Shown here: positions 54,648 through 64,000 of the stretch, piece after piece
Position numbering within the stretch: position 1 is the stretch's first letter
Layout of the letters: every line of letters begins with the position of its first letter
Source: a virus
Direction: 5' to 3' (one strand)
Length of the DNA stretch: 64,000 nt
IMG/VR virus record: IMGVR_UViG_3300044716_000844
Location: 31,587-95,586 of that record
Made by a program: the position numbers and the translations under genes
Notes under the pieces: generated by a model
Database searches by the model: none
What the model was told of the DNA's origin: nothing
Seen by the model: only the letters and a program-made list of their open reading frames with translations

Positions 54648-55733
54648 ATGGTTATCAAACCTTTTTCTAGCTTTGCTAAGTCAAAATCTGATATTTACAA
54701 AGAGATTGCCGATCTCTTGAATAAGATTGGAAAAGACAAGAACTATCAAGTAGCGCCAACTTTGCCGATGGGAAAGGTCGGTAAAGATAAAACTACACGT
54801 GAATTTAGAATGCAATTGATTGTGAAGACCGTTGATACATCTGAATCTTTTGTTGCGCATTTGAAAGCTGGTCTGCGTGGAAATAAGATTTTCGACGCTA
54901 AATACAACGTAATATCGCCAAATAGTTCAAAGTACTCAAGTTACACGTTTACGTATAAAGGTGTAATCGTTGATGCTGTCATTGCTCGGGGTGCAAACAA
55001 AGGTGAGAACTTCGAGACTCAGACCGTTGAAAATTTAAATATGTTTTTCATGGGAGCATCGGAACAAAGTTTTGCTAAGCTTGTAAGACAAATGGAAGAA
55101 GTATATCCACCATTTGCTGATACTGAAATCGTAAAGGTGAATCAGCGAAAAGGATCTACAAAAAAGACTGGAATACCGCTTGAAGAATTGAACGCAGTCA
55201 TTGGCGACATTGTTCTCACCGATCGTACTGGAAAGAAGTGGTATATCTCTCTGAAAGATGTGAGCGGCGGCACAGTAAGTGCATGGCCAGGTGGTGGTTC
55301 TATCTTCAACGCCAAAGGTGATCTGGTTGGAGATTCAGAAGGTGCAGAATTTCTTCGCACCTTCGGCGTAGATCTAAACAAAGTTCAAAGTGGCTTTGAT
55401 ATTCGAAACAACATTGATCCTAATACTCGTAGTAAACTTAAGACACCTAACGCGAATGTATCACAGATTGAAAAAATCTTTGAACGTGTATGGGGTCTGA
55501 ATTACTTCTATGTTCGTAAAAAATCGGGTGGATGGAAAGTATTCTGGCTAGACCGCAACAAACTCAACGAGCTATCACGGGGTATTAAGGTGACAAGGAT
55601 TGATTATCCTGGAATAACTTCAAAGTCAACACGAATTTTCTGCGAAAACACACATCAAAAATATCTTATTGAGATTCGAAACTCGAAGGGCGGCGAGTAT
55701 CCAAACGATATTAAATTTAGGGTAATACCATAA
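54648..55733 (+). CDS. Late protein, possible PD-(D/E)xK-type nuclease (361 aa)
   Basis: GENFE ... IGDIVL ... YISLK. Confidence 0.45.
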   Translation: MVIKPFSSFAKSKSDIYKEIADLLNKIGKDKNYQVAPTLPMGKVGKDKTTREFRMQLIVKTVDTSESFVAHLKAGLRGNKIFDAKYNVISPNSSKYSSYTFTYKGVIVDAVIARGANKGENFETQTVENLNMFFMGASEQSFAKLVRQMEEVYPPFADTEIVKVNQRKGSTKKTGIPLEELNAVIGDIVLTDRTGKKWYISLKDVSGGTVSAWPGGGSIFNAKGDLVGDSEGAEFLRTFGVDLNKVQSGFDIRNNIDPNTRSKLKTPNANVSQIEKIFERVWGLNYFYVRKKSGGWKVFWLDRNKLNELSRGIKVTRIDYPGITSKSTRIFCENTHQKYLIEIRNSKGGEYPNDIKFRVIP

Positions 55734-56962
55734 TGCTATCATTCGACAAGTTTCTCGTAGAATCAAAGAACACTCACATGGAGCATATCGAGGATAACAT
55801 CCTTAATGCTGGTGTCGAAGGTGCACGTCAGTCGATTAACTATCTTCGTTCTCTTCGTGACATGCTCGCTGGCAACTCTACGAAGTCAGTGAATGTAACT
55901 ATCAAGTGGGATGGTGCGCCAGCAGTCTTTGCAGGTATTGATCCAAGCGATGGTAAATTCTTTGTAGCAAAGAAGGGTATCTTCAATAAAGACCCAAAGG
56001 TGTATAAGACGCCAGCTGATATTGATGCAGATACATCAGGTGATTTGAACACTAAGCTCAAGATTGCTCTTGAAGAGCTCTCAAAGCTTGGTATTACAGG
56101 AGTGGTACAAGGTGACTTCTTATATTCGAAAGAAGATATACGAGAAGTGGATATTGATGGAGAATCGTATATTACTTTCCATCCTAACACGATTGTTTAC
56201 GCGATACCGAAGAACAGCCAACTTGCTCGTGAAATCCTTGCCTCAAGAATCGGTGTGGTCTGGCACACTACATACCGAGGAAACACTCTTGAATCAATGT
56301 CAGCGAGTTTTGGAGAGGAGATCGCAAGCGGCCTCAAGAAAACGAAGTCGGTCTGGTCAGTAGACGCAGTTTACAAAGACGTCTCGGGTTCTGCTAACTT
56401 TAATGCTGCCGAGACGAAAGAGATCACTGAGATCTTATCGAAGGCCGGTAAGATCTTCTCAGGATTAAAGAGATCAACTCTTGATGGAATCTCAGAGAAC
56501 GACGATCTTCTTATTCGTGTGAAGGCATACATCAACTCGAAGGTACGAGTTGGTGAACGTATTGGTAATACCACTCAGTTTGTTGATGGTCTTGTAAAAT
56601 ATGTGCACGACTATTATCAGAAAGAGATCGACAAGAAAGCGACTGATAAAGCAAAAGCTGCAGGTGAAGCGAAGCGTGCAGAAGTTATGAAGTACTTCTC
56701 AAATACTTCAAAGGCTGACATCGTGAAAATCTTTGATATGTACAACTACGTCGTAGATGCTAAGCACCTCATTATACGAAAACTAGATAAAGCAAAACAG
56801 ATTGGAACGTTCCTTAAAACTGCTGATGGCTACAAAGTTACAGAGCAAGAAGGATTCGTTGCAATCGATCACATGGGCAAGAACGCAGTAAAACTGGTCG
56901 ACAGACTTCAGTTCAGCCGCGCAAACTTCTCACCCGAAATCATAAAAGGATGGCAGCGTTAA
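55733..56962 (+). CDS. Conserved T4-like protein with ligase/nucleotidyltransferase-like motifs (409 aa)
   Basis: KNTHMEHIED, KWDGAPA (KxDG), QGDFL, EGFV, VKLVDR. Confidence 0.6.
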   Translation: MLSFDKFLVESKNTHMEHIEDNILNAGVEGARQSINYLRSLRDMLAGNSTKSVNVTIKWDGAPAVFAGIDPSDGKFFVAKKGIFNKDPKVYKTPADIDADTSGDLNTKLKIALEELSKLGITGVVQGDFLYSKEDIREVDIDGESYITFHPNTIVYAIPKNSQLAREILASRIGVVWHTTYRGNTLESMSASFGEEIASGLKKTKSVWSVDAVYKDVSGSANFNAAETKEITEILSKAGKIFSGLKRSTLDGISENDDLLIRVKAYINSKVRVGERIGNTTQFVDGLVKYVHDYYQKEIDKKATDKAKAAGEAKRAEVMKYFSNTSKADIVKIFDMYNYVVDAKHLIIRKLDKAKQIGTFLKTADGYKVTEQEGFVAIDHMGKNAVKLVDRLQFSRANFSPEIIKGWQR

Positions 56963-58263
56963 TGGCACAGTTTAACAAAAATACACACCAATACACTGGT
57001 GATAATAAGACGCTGTTTGAAACAGTAATGTTAGCCGATCAATACGGCAATCTGGTTGGTCCATCGAACCCAACTGGTGTTGCAGTTGATGCGTTTGGCC
57101 GAGCAAGAGTTTCAATGCCGATGACACTCTTTGATTCATCACATAGATTCAAAGACAATGGTCTTTGGTCTACAGCAAATACCTCGGGTGGTACATATGC
57201 GCACTCTGCGAATGAAGGTCTGGTTAACCTAAACGTAAATACTTCATCTGGCGCCGAAGTAGTTCGTGAAACAACAAAGGTGTTTTCATATCAGCCAGGT
57301 AAGTCTTTGCTTAACCTAAACACATTCGTTATGGCTCCGGCAAAAACAAATCTAAGACAACGTGTTGGATACTTTGGCGCTCAAAACGGAATCTATCTTG
57401 AATTAAATGGAAGTTCATTAGCCTTTGTAGAAAGATCATACGTCACCGGTGCTATAACTGAGAATAGAGTTACACAAGCTAACTGGAATCTCGATAAACT
57501 TGATGGAACCGGCCCATCGCTTATGACACTTGATATCACAAAAGCTCAAATTATGTGGACAGATATTGAATGGTTAGGCCTTGGCACAGTCCGCGTTGGC
57601 TTTGTTATTGATGGTAGGTTAATTCATTGCCACTCATTCCATCACGCGAATATAATCACTTCGACATATATTACAACGGCATCATTGCCGGCACGATACG
57701 AAATAACCAATACAGGTGTTACATCTGGTTCTAGTACACTAAAGCAAATTTGTACAAGTGTTATGTCTGAAGGTGGTTATGAACTCAGAGGTCAACAGAA
57801 TGGTGTTGGTACACTTATTACCGCCCCAAAGAATCTAGCCACAAAGGGTACTTACTATCCGGTGGTATCAATTCGATTAAAGGCGACTGCACTTGATGCA
57901 ATTGTAATACCATCCGCGGTGTCGTTTCTGGGGACAGGTAACGGTATAAACTACAACTGGAAATTAGTTGTAGGAGCGGCTATTACTACGGGAGCTTGGG
58001 CAGACGGTGGCGCTGACTCTGCCGTCGAATACACAATACTTGGAACAGCGATGAGTGGTGGTCGAACTCTCGCCAGTGGGTTTATCAACTCATCAAATCA
58101 GGGTTCACCAGCGTTTCAAGGACTTAAGGAATCACTTTTCCAATTCCAACTTGAGCGTAACAGCTTAACTAGTACACCATCGTCACTTACTCTTGCAGTA
58201 ACATCCGATACAGATAACCAAAACTGCTTTGGTTCAATCGACTGGGAAGAAGTTACACGTTAA
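56962..58263 (+). CDS. Virion structural protein, paralog of 2288..5200
   Basis: DAFGRARVS.P.TLFDS, SYQPGKS, EWLGLG. Confidence 0.65.
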   Translation: MAQFNKNTHQYTGDNKTLFETVMLADQYGNLVGPSNPTGVAVDAFGRARVSMPMTLFDSSHRFKDNGLWSTANTSGGTYAHSANEGLVNLNVNTSSGAEVVRETTKVFSYQPGKSLLNLNTFVMAPAKTNLRQRVGYFGAQNGIYLELNGSSLAFVERSYVTGAITENRVTQANWNLDKLDGTGPSLMTLDITKAQIMWTDIEWLGLGTVRVGFVIDGRLIHCHSFHHANIITSTYITTASLPARYEITNTGVTSGSSTLKQICTSVMSEGGYELRGQQNGVGTLITAPKNLATKGTYYPVVSIRLKATALDAIVIPSAVSFLGTGNGINYNWKLVVGAAITTGAWADGGADSAVEYTILGTAMSGGRTLASGFINSSNQGSPAFQGLKESLFQFQLERNSLTSTPSSLTLAVTSDTDNQNCFGSIDWEEVTR

Positions 58264-58361
58264 CGAAGTGACTACCGGCTATACCTAAATGTCAATGTAA
58301 ACTGTCGACTTTTTGTGATAAATATATCCGTATGACAAAGGTATAGTATACGGAGAAAAGA

Positions 58362-58589
58362 ATGTACGCCGCTGTAAATGAAACTGCTCGAGCAATTAGC
58401 CCGCTTAGCATCGCAATATCAAATGGAATCCTTCGCTCGATCGAACTTATGCTAAAAGCAATTCCATCCGGATCAAAAGAAAAAAAGATTAGAGATCTCG
58501 CTCATTCACTTAAGTTTGAGTATCCGCACGAATCACTTGATTATGTTACGAACATGGCCGCTAATATTTATGAGGATGGTCGCAAATGA
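58362..58589 (+). CDS. Hypothetical protein (75 aa)
   Basis: RBS GGAG. Confidence 0.55.
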   Translation: MYAAVNETARAISPLSIAISNGILRSIELMLKAIPSGSKEKKIRDLAHSLKFEYPHESLDYVTNMAANIYEDGRK

Positions 58590-58650
58590 TAGATCCAGAT
58601 CATTCATACTTTAAAGACATTGGCGACAAAAAGAAAAATGGTGGCAAATA

Positions 58651-58791
58651 ATGTGGAAAAAGATAGTTAAATTTTTTGAGAGATACGACGAGAAAACTTG
58701 GGCTCACAAGTATCTTTCTGAGTCGTATGATCATATCGATCTTGAACGCAGAATGGAAGAACTCGATCGTCGTGGTATTCGTTGGTACTGA
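58651..58791 (+). CDS. Small protein, DUF3563-like (46 aa)
   Basis: Hand translation ...YLSESYDHIDLERRMEELDR... Confidence 0.5.
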   Translation: MWKKIVKFFERYDEKTWAHKYLSESYDHIDLERRMEELDRRGIRWY

Positions 58792-58817
58792 TCAATCACA
58801 ATAAATAGAATTGAGTC

Positions 58818-58843
58818 AAGGAGAGTTTCGACTCTCCTTTTTT
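58818..58843 (+). terminator. Rho-independent terminator
   Basis: AAGGAGAGT-TTCG-ACTCTCCTT + T-tract. Confidence 0.8.
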
Positions 58844-58856
58844 ATTGGAGGAAGAT

Positions 58857-59414
58857 ATGGTAATAATGGATCGTGGCCACAACGGCGGTAATGTGTGGCG
58901 GTGGAAGACTCTTGAAAGATTTGTGAAAGAAAATAACTGGACTCGTGGGGCAGAGCTCGGCGTATGGTATGGTGAAACCTTTAAGTGGTTAGTAAATAAC
59001 TGTCCAGATCTTCGTTTGTTTGGTGTTGACTTATATGCAGAACAACCTGAGAATGATGGGCCGCAAAAGTACATTCCGGGCGAAGATGGTCACGTATGGA
59101 AGCATGAACAATACTATGAAGATATTAAGTCTTTTTGTGATGCATCGAACGGTAGAGCAACTATCTATCGTGGATACACTAATGAAGCGTCAAAGCTTGT
59201 TGAAGATGAGAGCCTAGATTTTGTATTCATCGATGCAGACCATTCATTTAAGGGTGTAGATGAAGATATTATTCATTGGATGCCAAAGGTGAAAAAAGGC
59301 GGGTACGTGATTGGGCATGATATTCATTGGCCGACTGTAAAAGAAGCTGTAGAAAAGCATTTTGGCGAAAACTACTTTAAAGAACAAGATTTTATTTGGT
59401 ATGTGATAAAATGA
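58857..59414 (+). CDS. Class I SAM-dependent methyltransferase (Methyltransf_24-like)
   Basis: GAELGVWYG, DFVFIDADH, KKGG..IGHD. Confidence 0.85.
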   Translation: MVIMDRGHNGGNVWRWKTLERFVKENNWTRGAELGVWYGETFKWLVNNCPDLRLFGVDLYAEQPENDGPQKYIPGEDGHVWKHEQYYEDIKSFCDASNGRATIYRGYTNEASKLVEDESLDFVFIDADHSFKGVDEDIIHWMPKVKKGGYVIGHDIHWPTVKEAVEKHFGENYFKEQDFIWYVIK

Positions 59415-60040
59415 TAAATGACGAACTTGCTATGAGAACTGTGGCCATCGAAGGTGTAGATAAATTACTCTGGCCAGTACGTGACTTTAATGCTTTTCAT
59501 TGGCCACTTCAAGATTGGATACGCGACAAAGAAGCTTTTCTAAAATTTGTAAAAGCAAGAGATGTTGTAGTACAAGCTGGTGGATGTTGTGGTATGTATC
59601 CTCGATTCTACAAGAATCATTTTAAGCGTGTATACACGTTTGAACCGAATCCTACAAATTATTATTGTCTTGAAAGAAACTGTGATGTCGAAGGTATACA
59701 TCACCAAAATGTTGCACTCGGTTCTGCTGAAAAACTAGTAAGCCTTGATTCACCGACTGCACCTGGCGAAGAAAATAACGTCGGCATGTATACAGTGAAT
59801 GAAAGTCCGGGTGAAGTAAAAATGATCACTATCGATAGTTTAGGCCTTGATAAGTGTGATCTAATCCACTTTGATCTTGAGGGATATGAAACCGAGGCTT
59901 TGAAGGGTGCTATAAATTTAATTGAGATGTGTAGTCCAGTTATCATTACCGAAAGAGAATGTGGACGAGAATTCCTTGAATCAATTGGTTATCGACTGGT
60001 TCAAAAGACTTCGATGGATGCTATTTTTGTGAGAGGTTGA
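59411..60040 (+). CDS. FkbM-family methyltransferase
   Basis: VQAGG..G, TFEP, ITIDSL, IHFDLEGYE..AL.GA. Confidence 0.85.
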   Translation: MINDELAMRTVAIEGVDKLLWPVRDFNAFHWPLQDWIRDKEAFLKFVKARDVVVQAGGCCGMYPRFYKNHFKRVYTFEPNPTNYYCLERNCDVEGIHHQNVALGSAEKLVSLDSPTAPGEENNVGMYTVNESPGEVKMITIDSLGLDKCDLIHFDLEGYETEALKGAINLIEMCSPVIITERECGREFLESIGYRLVQKTSMDAIFVRG

Positions 60041-60690
60041 ATATGAACATTGAAAAGAAGATGACGCAGATCTGGATCGGACCAAGACCTGCACCTATGA
60101 AGTGGATGAATACTTGGAAAGAAAAACATCCGGACTGGGAATATAGTATCTTTACTCAACAAGATCTTGAGTCAAGAAAATTCCATAATCAGCACCTAAT
60201 CGACCATTATTATGCTATGGGATTATATAGCGGAGTTTCTGACCTAATCCGATATGAACTGTTATACGAACGCGGCGGTTTCTTTCCAGAAGCAGACTTC
60301 TTGTGCATGGAAAATACTGATGAACTCTTTACTGCTCCAAAAGAATTCTGCTACACCTGTTATGAACAAGAAAAGATTCGTCCAGGATTTGTACAGCCTA
60401 TTCTTGCAGCAAATCCTGGCAATGACTTTGTGAAAACACTCGTTGATATCTTGCATCCTTTGCGCACAGATCAAATGAGTAGGTATCCGTGGAAATCTAC
60501 TGGCAACGAATGGCTAGCACATGTCATTCCACACTTTAAACCAAACATCGTAATTTGGCCTTCGCATTACTTTATCCCAACTCATTACGACCGCGCGATG
60601 CCAAATTATAATGGCACGGATAAAGTTTATGCTCATCACTTATGGGGTTCAACTGGCGGCGGCGTCGATTATCGGGAAGGTGTAAAATGA
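60037..60690 (+). CDS. Glycosyltransferase, OCH1/GT32-like
   Basis: QIWIG, SDLIRYELLYERGG, YAHH.W; EAD in place of DxD. Confidence 0.75.
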   Translation: MNMNIEKKMTQIWIGPRPAPMKWMNTWKEKHPDWEYSIFTQQDLESRKFHNQHLIDHYYAMGLYSGVSDLIRYELLYERGGFFPEADFLCMENTDELFTAPKEFCYTCYEQEKIRPGFVQPILAANPGNDFVKTLVDILHPLRTDQMSRYPWKSTGNEWLAHVIPHFKPNIVIWPSHYFIPTHYDRAMPNYNGTDKVYAHHLWGSTGGGVDYREGVK

Positions 60691-61367
60691 TTCCTACTAA
60701 AGCATATATTTTAACTATTGACAATCATATCTCAAGAGAGTATGCTAAGACTTGTGCGGACTCGTGTGACGCGGTTGGGTTAGCATGGGAATATTTTGAA
60801 GGATACACCAACATATCGATATATGATTCCTGGCTCAGAACCGGAATAAACACTCCTACACTGCATGGCTTAGTTGGAAATCCACGTATAGATAATACAC
60901 AGTGTTGCTCTGCAGGCCATGCAGCTATTTGGAAAAAGATATCTGAAGGTAATGAAGCTGCTATTGTTCTTGAACACGATGCAATAATGTTACATAATCC
61001 AAACGTCGATATTCCCGATGATAGAATCGTAGTGCTTGGATATAAGACAACTGACCCTTCAAAGTATGACCACATCTCAGCTGGTCCTCCTCAAAGAGTT
61101 ATTGAATTAGCAGCACATGAAGGCGCCCACGCGTACGCGCTTACACCAACTACTGCTAAAGCAATGGTTACTGAAATCGAAACATATGGAGTTCTAGGTT
61201 GCATTGACAACGCATACTTCATTAAGAATCAGCGTAGAACAAATACTCCTTTGGCTATCATGGACCCAACTCCAGCTATTGGATGGCTACGAGAGTCGAC
61301 TCTGTGGAAAAAGTCAGCTACCGCAAACTATGATTTTATTCCATCGTTTTCTTGTCATTTCCGTTAA
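60687..61367 (+). CDS. Glycosyltransferase, GT25-like
   Basis: C.AGH..IW, VLEHDA, GAHAYAL. Confidence 0.7.
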   Translation: MIPTKAYILTIDNHISREYAKTCADSCDAVGLAWEYFEGYTNISIYDSWLRTGINTPTLHGLVGNPRIDNTQCCSAGHAAIWKKISEGNEAAIVLEHDAIMLHNPNVDIPDDRIVVLGYKTTDPSKYDHISAGPPQRVIELAAHEGAHAYALTPTTAKAMVTEIETYGVLGCIDNAYFIKNQRRTNTPLAIMDPTPAIGWLRESTLWKKSATANYDFIPSFSCHFR

Positions 61368-61369
61368 AC

Positions 61370-61377
61370 TATAAATA
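61370..61377 (+). promoter_or_regulatory. Late promoter TATAAATA
   Basis: Exact consensus, intergenic. Confidence 0.8.
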
Positions 61378-61434
61378 TGCATAATAGAAGCTTGCGGTTA
61401 GGCCAAGGCAAACCCGTGACGTGAGGAGAATCTT

Positions 61435-64000
61435 ATGGAAAAGAAGTCTAAAAAAGACGAAAAGCTTAATAACAACCGCATTGAAGTGAATCCAACTCTC
61501 AAGGAAGCTTCATCAAAAAAGGTAGTTATCTCTTGGGGAAGAATGAACCCTCCAACTATTGGCCACGAAAAGCTGGTAAAAAAGGTTCAGGAAGTTGCTC
61601 GTAAAATTGGCGGCAAGGCTGAAATTTACTTGAGCCAGTCACAAGACGCAAAAAAGAATCCACTCTCGTATTCAGATAAAGTTATGATCGCCAAAGAAGC
61701 ATTTGGCGGTATTATTCAGTCGTCACCTGCAAAAACAATTATTGACTTAATGAAGTCGCTTCAATCAAAATATGATGAAGTGACCGTTGTCGTAGGACAG
61801 GATCGTGTACAGGAGTTTGAGACTCTATTAAATAAGTATAATGGCAAAGACTATACAATGAAGTCAATTGCTGTTGTGTCTGCAGGCGAAAGAGATCCAG
61901 ATGCCGAAGGCGTAGAAGGTATGTCTGCTTCAAAAATGAGAGAAGCAGCAGCTAAGGGTGAAGAAGATAAATTCAAATCCGGTCTTCCAGTAAAGCTTAA
62001 ATCACATGCGCAAGACATCTATGATATGGTTCGGGCAGGTATGAAACTATCAGAAGATGTTGAACTTGACGAATATGTTTTGAATTTCTCACAGCGCAGA
62101 AAGCGTGCTCTTGTAATGCGTAAGTATGAACGCAAAATGGAAGCTGCTCGGGAAAGACTAAAGAACCGTATTGCTTCAAATCAAAAGCTAGCGATAAGAG
62201 CTCGTAAGAAAGCGATTGAACTCATCCGTAAAAGAGTTGCTGGTGATCGTGGCGCTAACTATGCAGATCTTTCGCCATCAGAAAAGATCATGATCGATCA
62301 AAGAGTTGAGAAGAGAAAAGGTGCTATCGCAAAGATTGCAGCACGTCTTCTTCCAAAGGTACGTAAAGCAGAGCTTCAAAGAGTTGCTTCTCTACACCAA
62401 CAGAAAGAAGACGTTGATCATGCATTTGAATCGTTGTTCAACGAAGATTATTATGCTGGTCTAAGCAAGTCAACTGCAGCAAAGCGTAAAGCTCACTTTA
62501 ATAAGTACGGTGAAATGGACGACGACAATCCAGCCGCATACAAGCCAGCGCCTGGAGATGCTACTGCTAAGACTAAGCCATCTGTCCATACTCGTCGTTA
62601 TCACATGATGTACAATGGAGACGGTTCATTAAAATATGATCGCCGCTTCCGTGCTTTCCGTCATATTGTTCGTCAAGAAGAACTCGAAGTAGAGAACGAC
62701 GCCGATCTTATCGAAATGATGATGATCGCAGAAGAGATTAGTAGTTCGATTAATCTTGACGAAGCAAAGGCCATGGAAGGCCTGAAAAATAAAGCTGAGA
62801 AGTCAGGTATCTCCTATAGTACTTTAAAGAAAGTATTTGACCGTGGAGTCGCTGCGTGGAAAACCGGTCATCGTCCAGGCACTACTCCGCAGCAATGGGG
62901 TTATGCTCGTGTAAATTCTTACATCACCAAAGGTAAGGGAACTTACCATGGTGCAGATAAAGATCTTCGCGAAGAGGGTCTAAACGAAGGCGTAAATGAT
63001 CCTTCAATCTTCAAAGCCGTGTTTCTTGCAGGTGGACCAGGATCAGGCAAGTCATTCATCGTTGGTAAGACTGCACTTACAGCACTTGGTTTTAAAGTAA
63101 TTAACTCTGACGATGTGTTCGAGCGTGCACTCGCAAAAGCAGGTCTTAAGACTACACCTGAAGACATCTACTCAGAAAAAGGTCAAGAGATTCGTAGTGC
63201 AGCGAAAGCTATCACCGGCAAGAAGATGGACCTTGCTCTTGCAGGACGTCTTGGTTTAGTTATCGACGGAACCGGTAAAGATTACGAAAAGATCGAGAAG
63301 CAAGCTTCAAAGCTCAAGAAGCTTGGGTATGAAGTCGCGATGATCTTTGTCAACACCGACCTCGATACTGCTAAAGCTCGTAATGCTGCACGTAGCAGAT
63401 CACTACCGGATACAGAAGTTGAGTCGATGTGGAACGGTGTTCAAAAGAACATTGGTAAGTTCCAGAACTTCTTTGGTACTAAGATGTTCGTAATCGATAA
63501 CTCTGAAGGATCTAACTTTGAAGGTGCTGTTACTTCTACATACCGCAAGATCAGTTCATGGGCAAAGATAACACCTACGAATCCTGAAGCAAAATCATGG
63601 ATCTCTTCAGCGAGAACTGTAAAAGAAGATAAGATGTCGGTGAAGCACCATCTTGGAATTGGTGTCCCGTTCAAGCATCAGTACAAAGATAATGTTAAGC
63701 ACATCGATACTGATCTTGATGGTGACGTAGATGCAGATGACTTCAAATACGCAGCCCCAGACGAGACAATCGGTGACGATGCTGAGACGAAGAAGCTTCT
63801 CAAAAAATATTCTAACGAGAAAAAGCACACTCGTAAGGGTGTAGCGTTTGAGCAAGTTATACCTACTCCAGTGATTCCGCCAGAATCAAATGACGGCACC
63901 GACGACCATGTTGAAAAGCACATCGATGCAGTTCTAAAACGCACAAAGAAGTTAAAGTATTTTAGAGCTTACCATGAAGCCTATGGTGCTGGATTCGAAA
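61435..64000 (+). CDS. Large multidomain late protein, 3' truncated (>=855 aa): nucleotidyltransferase-like + basic helical + DUF5824-like + zeta-toxin-like P-loop kinase domains
   Basis: Hand-translated frame +1 open to the end of the window; RBS GAGGAG; WGRMNPPTIGH, SASKMR; RG.AAW.TGHRPG...QQW..ARVNS; FLAGGPGSGKS, VIDGTG. Confidence 0.8.
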   Translation, partial: MEKKSKKDEKLNNNRIEVNPTLKEASSKKVVISWGRMNPPTIGHEKLVKKVQEVARKIGGKAEIYLSQSQDAKKNPLSYSDKVMIAKEAFGGIIQSSPAKTIIDLMKSLQSKYDEVTVVVGQDRVQEFETLLNKYNGKDYTMKSIAVVSAGERDPDAEGVEGMSASKMREAAAKGEEDKFKSGLPVKLKSHAQDIYDMVRAGMKLSEDVELDEYVLNFSQRRKRALVMRKYERKMEAARERLKNRIASNQKLAIRARKKAIELIRKRVAGDRGANYADLSPSEKIMIDQRVEKRKGAIAKIAARLLPKVRKAELQRVASLHQQKEDVDHAFESLFNEDYYAGLSKSTAAKRKAHFNKYGEMDDDNPAAYKPAPGDATAKTKPSVHTRRYHMMYNGDGSLKYDRRFRAFRHIVRQEELEVENDADLIEMMMIAEEISSSINLDEAKAMEGLKNKAEKSGISYSTLKKVFDRGVAAWKTGHRPGTTPQQWGYARVNSYITKGKGTYHGADKDLREEGLNEGVNDPSIFKAVFLAGGPGSGKSFIVGKTALTALGFKVINSDDVFERALAKAGLKTTPEDIYSEKGQEIRSAAKAITGKKMDLALAGRLGLVIDGTGKDYEKIEKQASKLKKLGYEVAMIFVNTDLDTAKARNAARSRSLPDTEVESMWNGVQKNIGKFQNFFGTKMFVIDNSEGSNFEGAVTSTYRKISSWAKITPTNPEAKSWISSARTVKEDKMSVKHHLGIGVPFKHQYKDNVKHIDTDLDGDVDADDFKYAAPDETIGDDAETKKLLKKYSNEKKHTRKGVAFEQVIPTPVIPPESNDGTDDHVEKHIDAVLKRTKKLKYFRAYHEAYGAGFE

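Noticed and set aside
58586-58651. 21 aa ORF MIDPDHSYFKDIGDKKKNGGK
   Set aside because: Coupled on both sides and possibly real, but too short and featureless to support.
61390-61430. GGCAAACCCG resembles the start of a c-di-GMP-I riboswitch
   Set aside because: No GNRA tetraloop or second hairpin, and no room before the RBS; at most a small leader stem (GGTT/AACC).
588-63944. Numerous minus-strand and alternate-frame ORFs in the track
   Set aside because: They shadow well-supported + strand genes and lack RBSs and recognisable motifs.
1-64000. tRNA genes and CRISPR arrays
   Set aside because: Intergenic gaps are short and none shows a cloverleaf or repeat-spacer pattern by eye; tRNAscan-SE would confirm.

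Overview
64 kb of a large lytic T4-like (Tevenvirinae-related, 'cyanomyovirus/phiM12-type' gene order) myovirus genome; essentially all genes are on the + strand. Order: tail-fibre/adhesin region (1-11962), neck-terminase-tail-head module gp13-gp23 (12011-25055), gp3-uvsY-uvsW-gp55-gp47-gp46 (25151-31413), a sugar-phosphate/nucleotide module and small early genes (31421-35088), a DNA-modification cluster (35095-43247), replication genes gp45-gp44-gp62-regA-hsp20-gp43-uvsX-gp41 (43250-52090), small early genes, late head-associated proteins, a methyltransferase/glycosyltransferase block and a large truncated multidomain protein (61435->64000). Transcription signals are host sigma70-type (TTGACA-N16-17-TAnnnT) plus gp55-type late promoters (TATAAATA). 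Top findings: (1) a translationally coupled operon of dNMP kinase, T4 gp42-like dCMP hydroxymethylase, GalE-like epimerase, a T4 beta-glucosyltransferase-like enzyme and UDP-galactopyranose mutase, which suggests DNA hypermodification with a furanose sugar (galactofuranosyl- or arabinofuranosyl-hmC); (2) an unannotated ~170 nt minus-strand, late-promoter-driven, terminator-bounded, pseudoknot-capable RNA at ~52275-52445; (3) apparent capsid-packaged polyproteins with repeated prohead-protease sites; (4) a ROSE-like RNA thermometer upstream of hsp20. All protein family calls come from recalled motifs and synteny, not from database searches.
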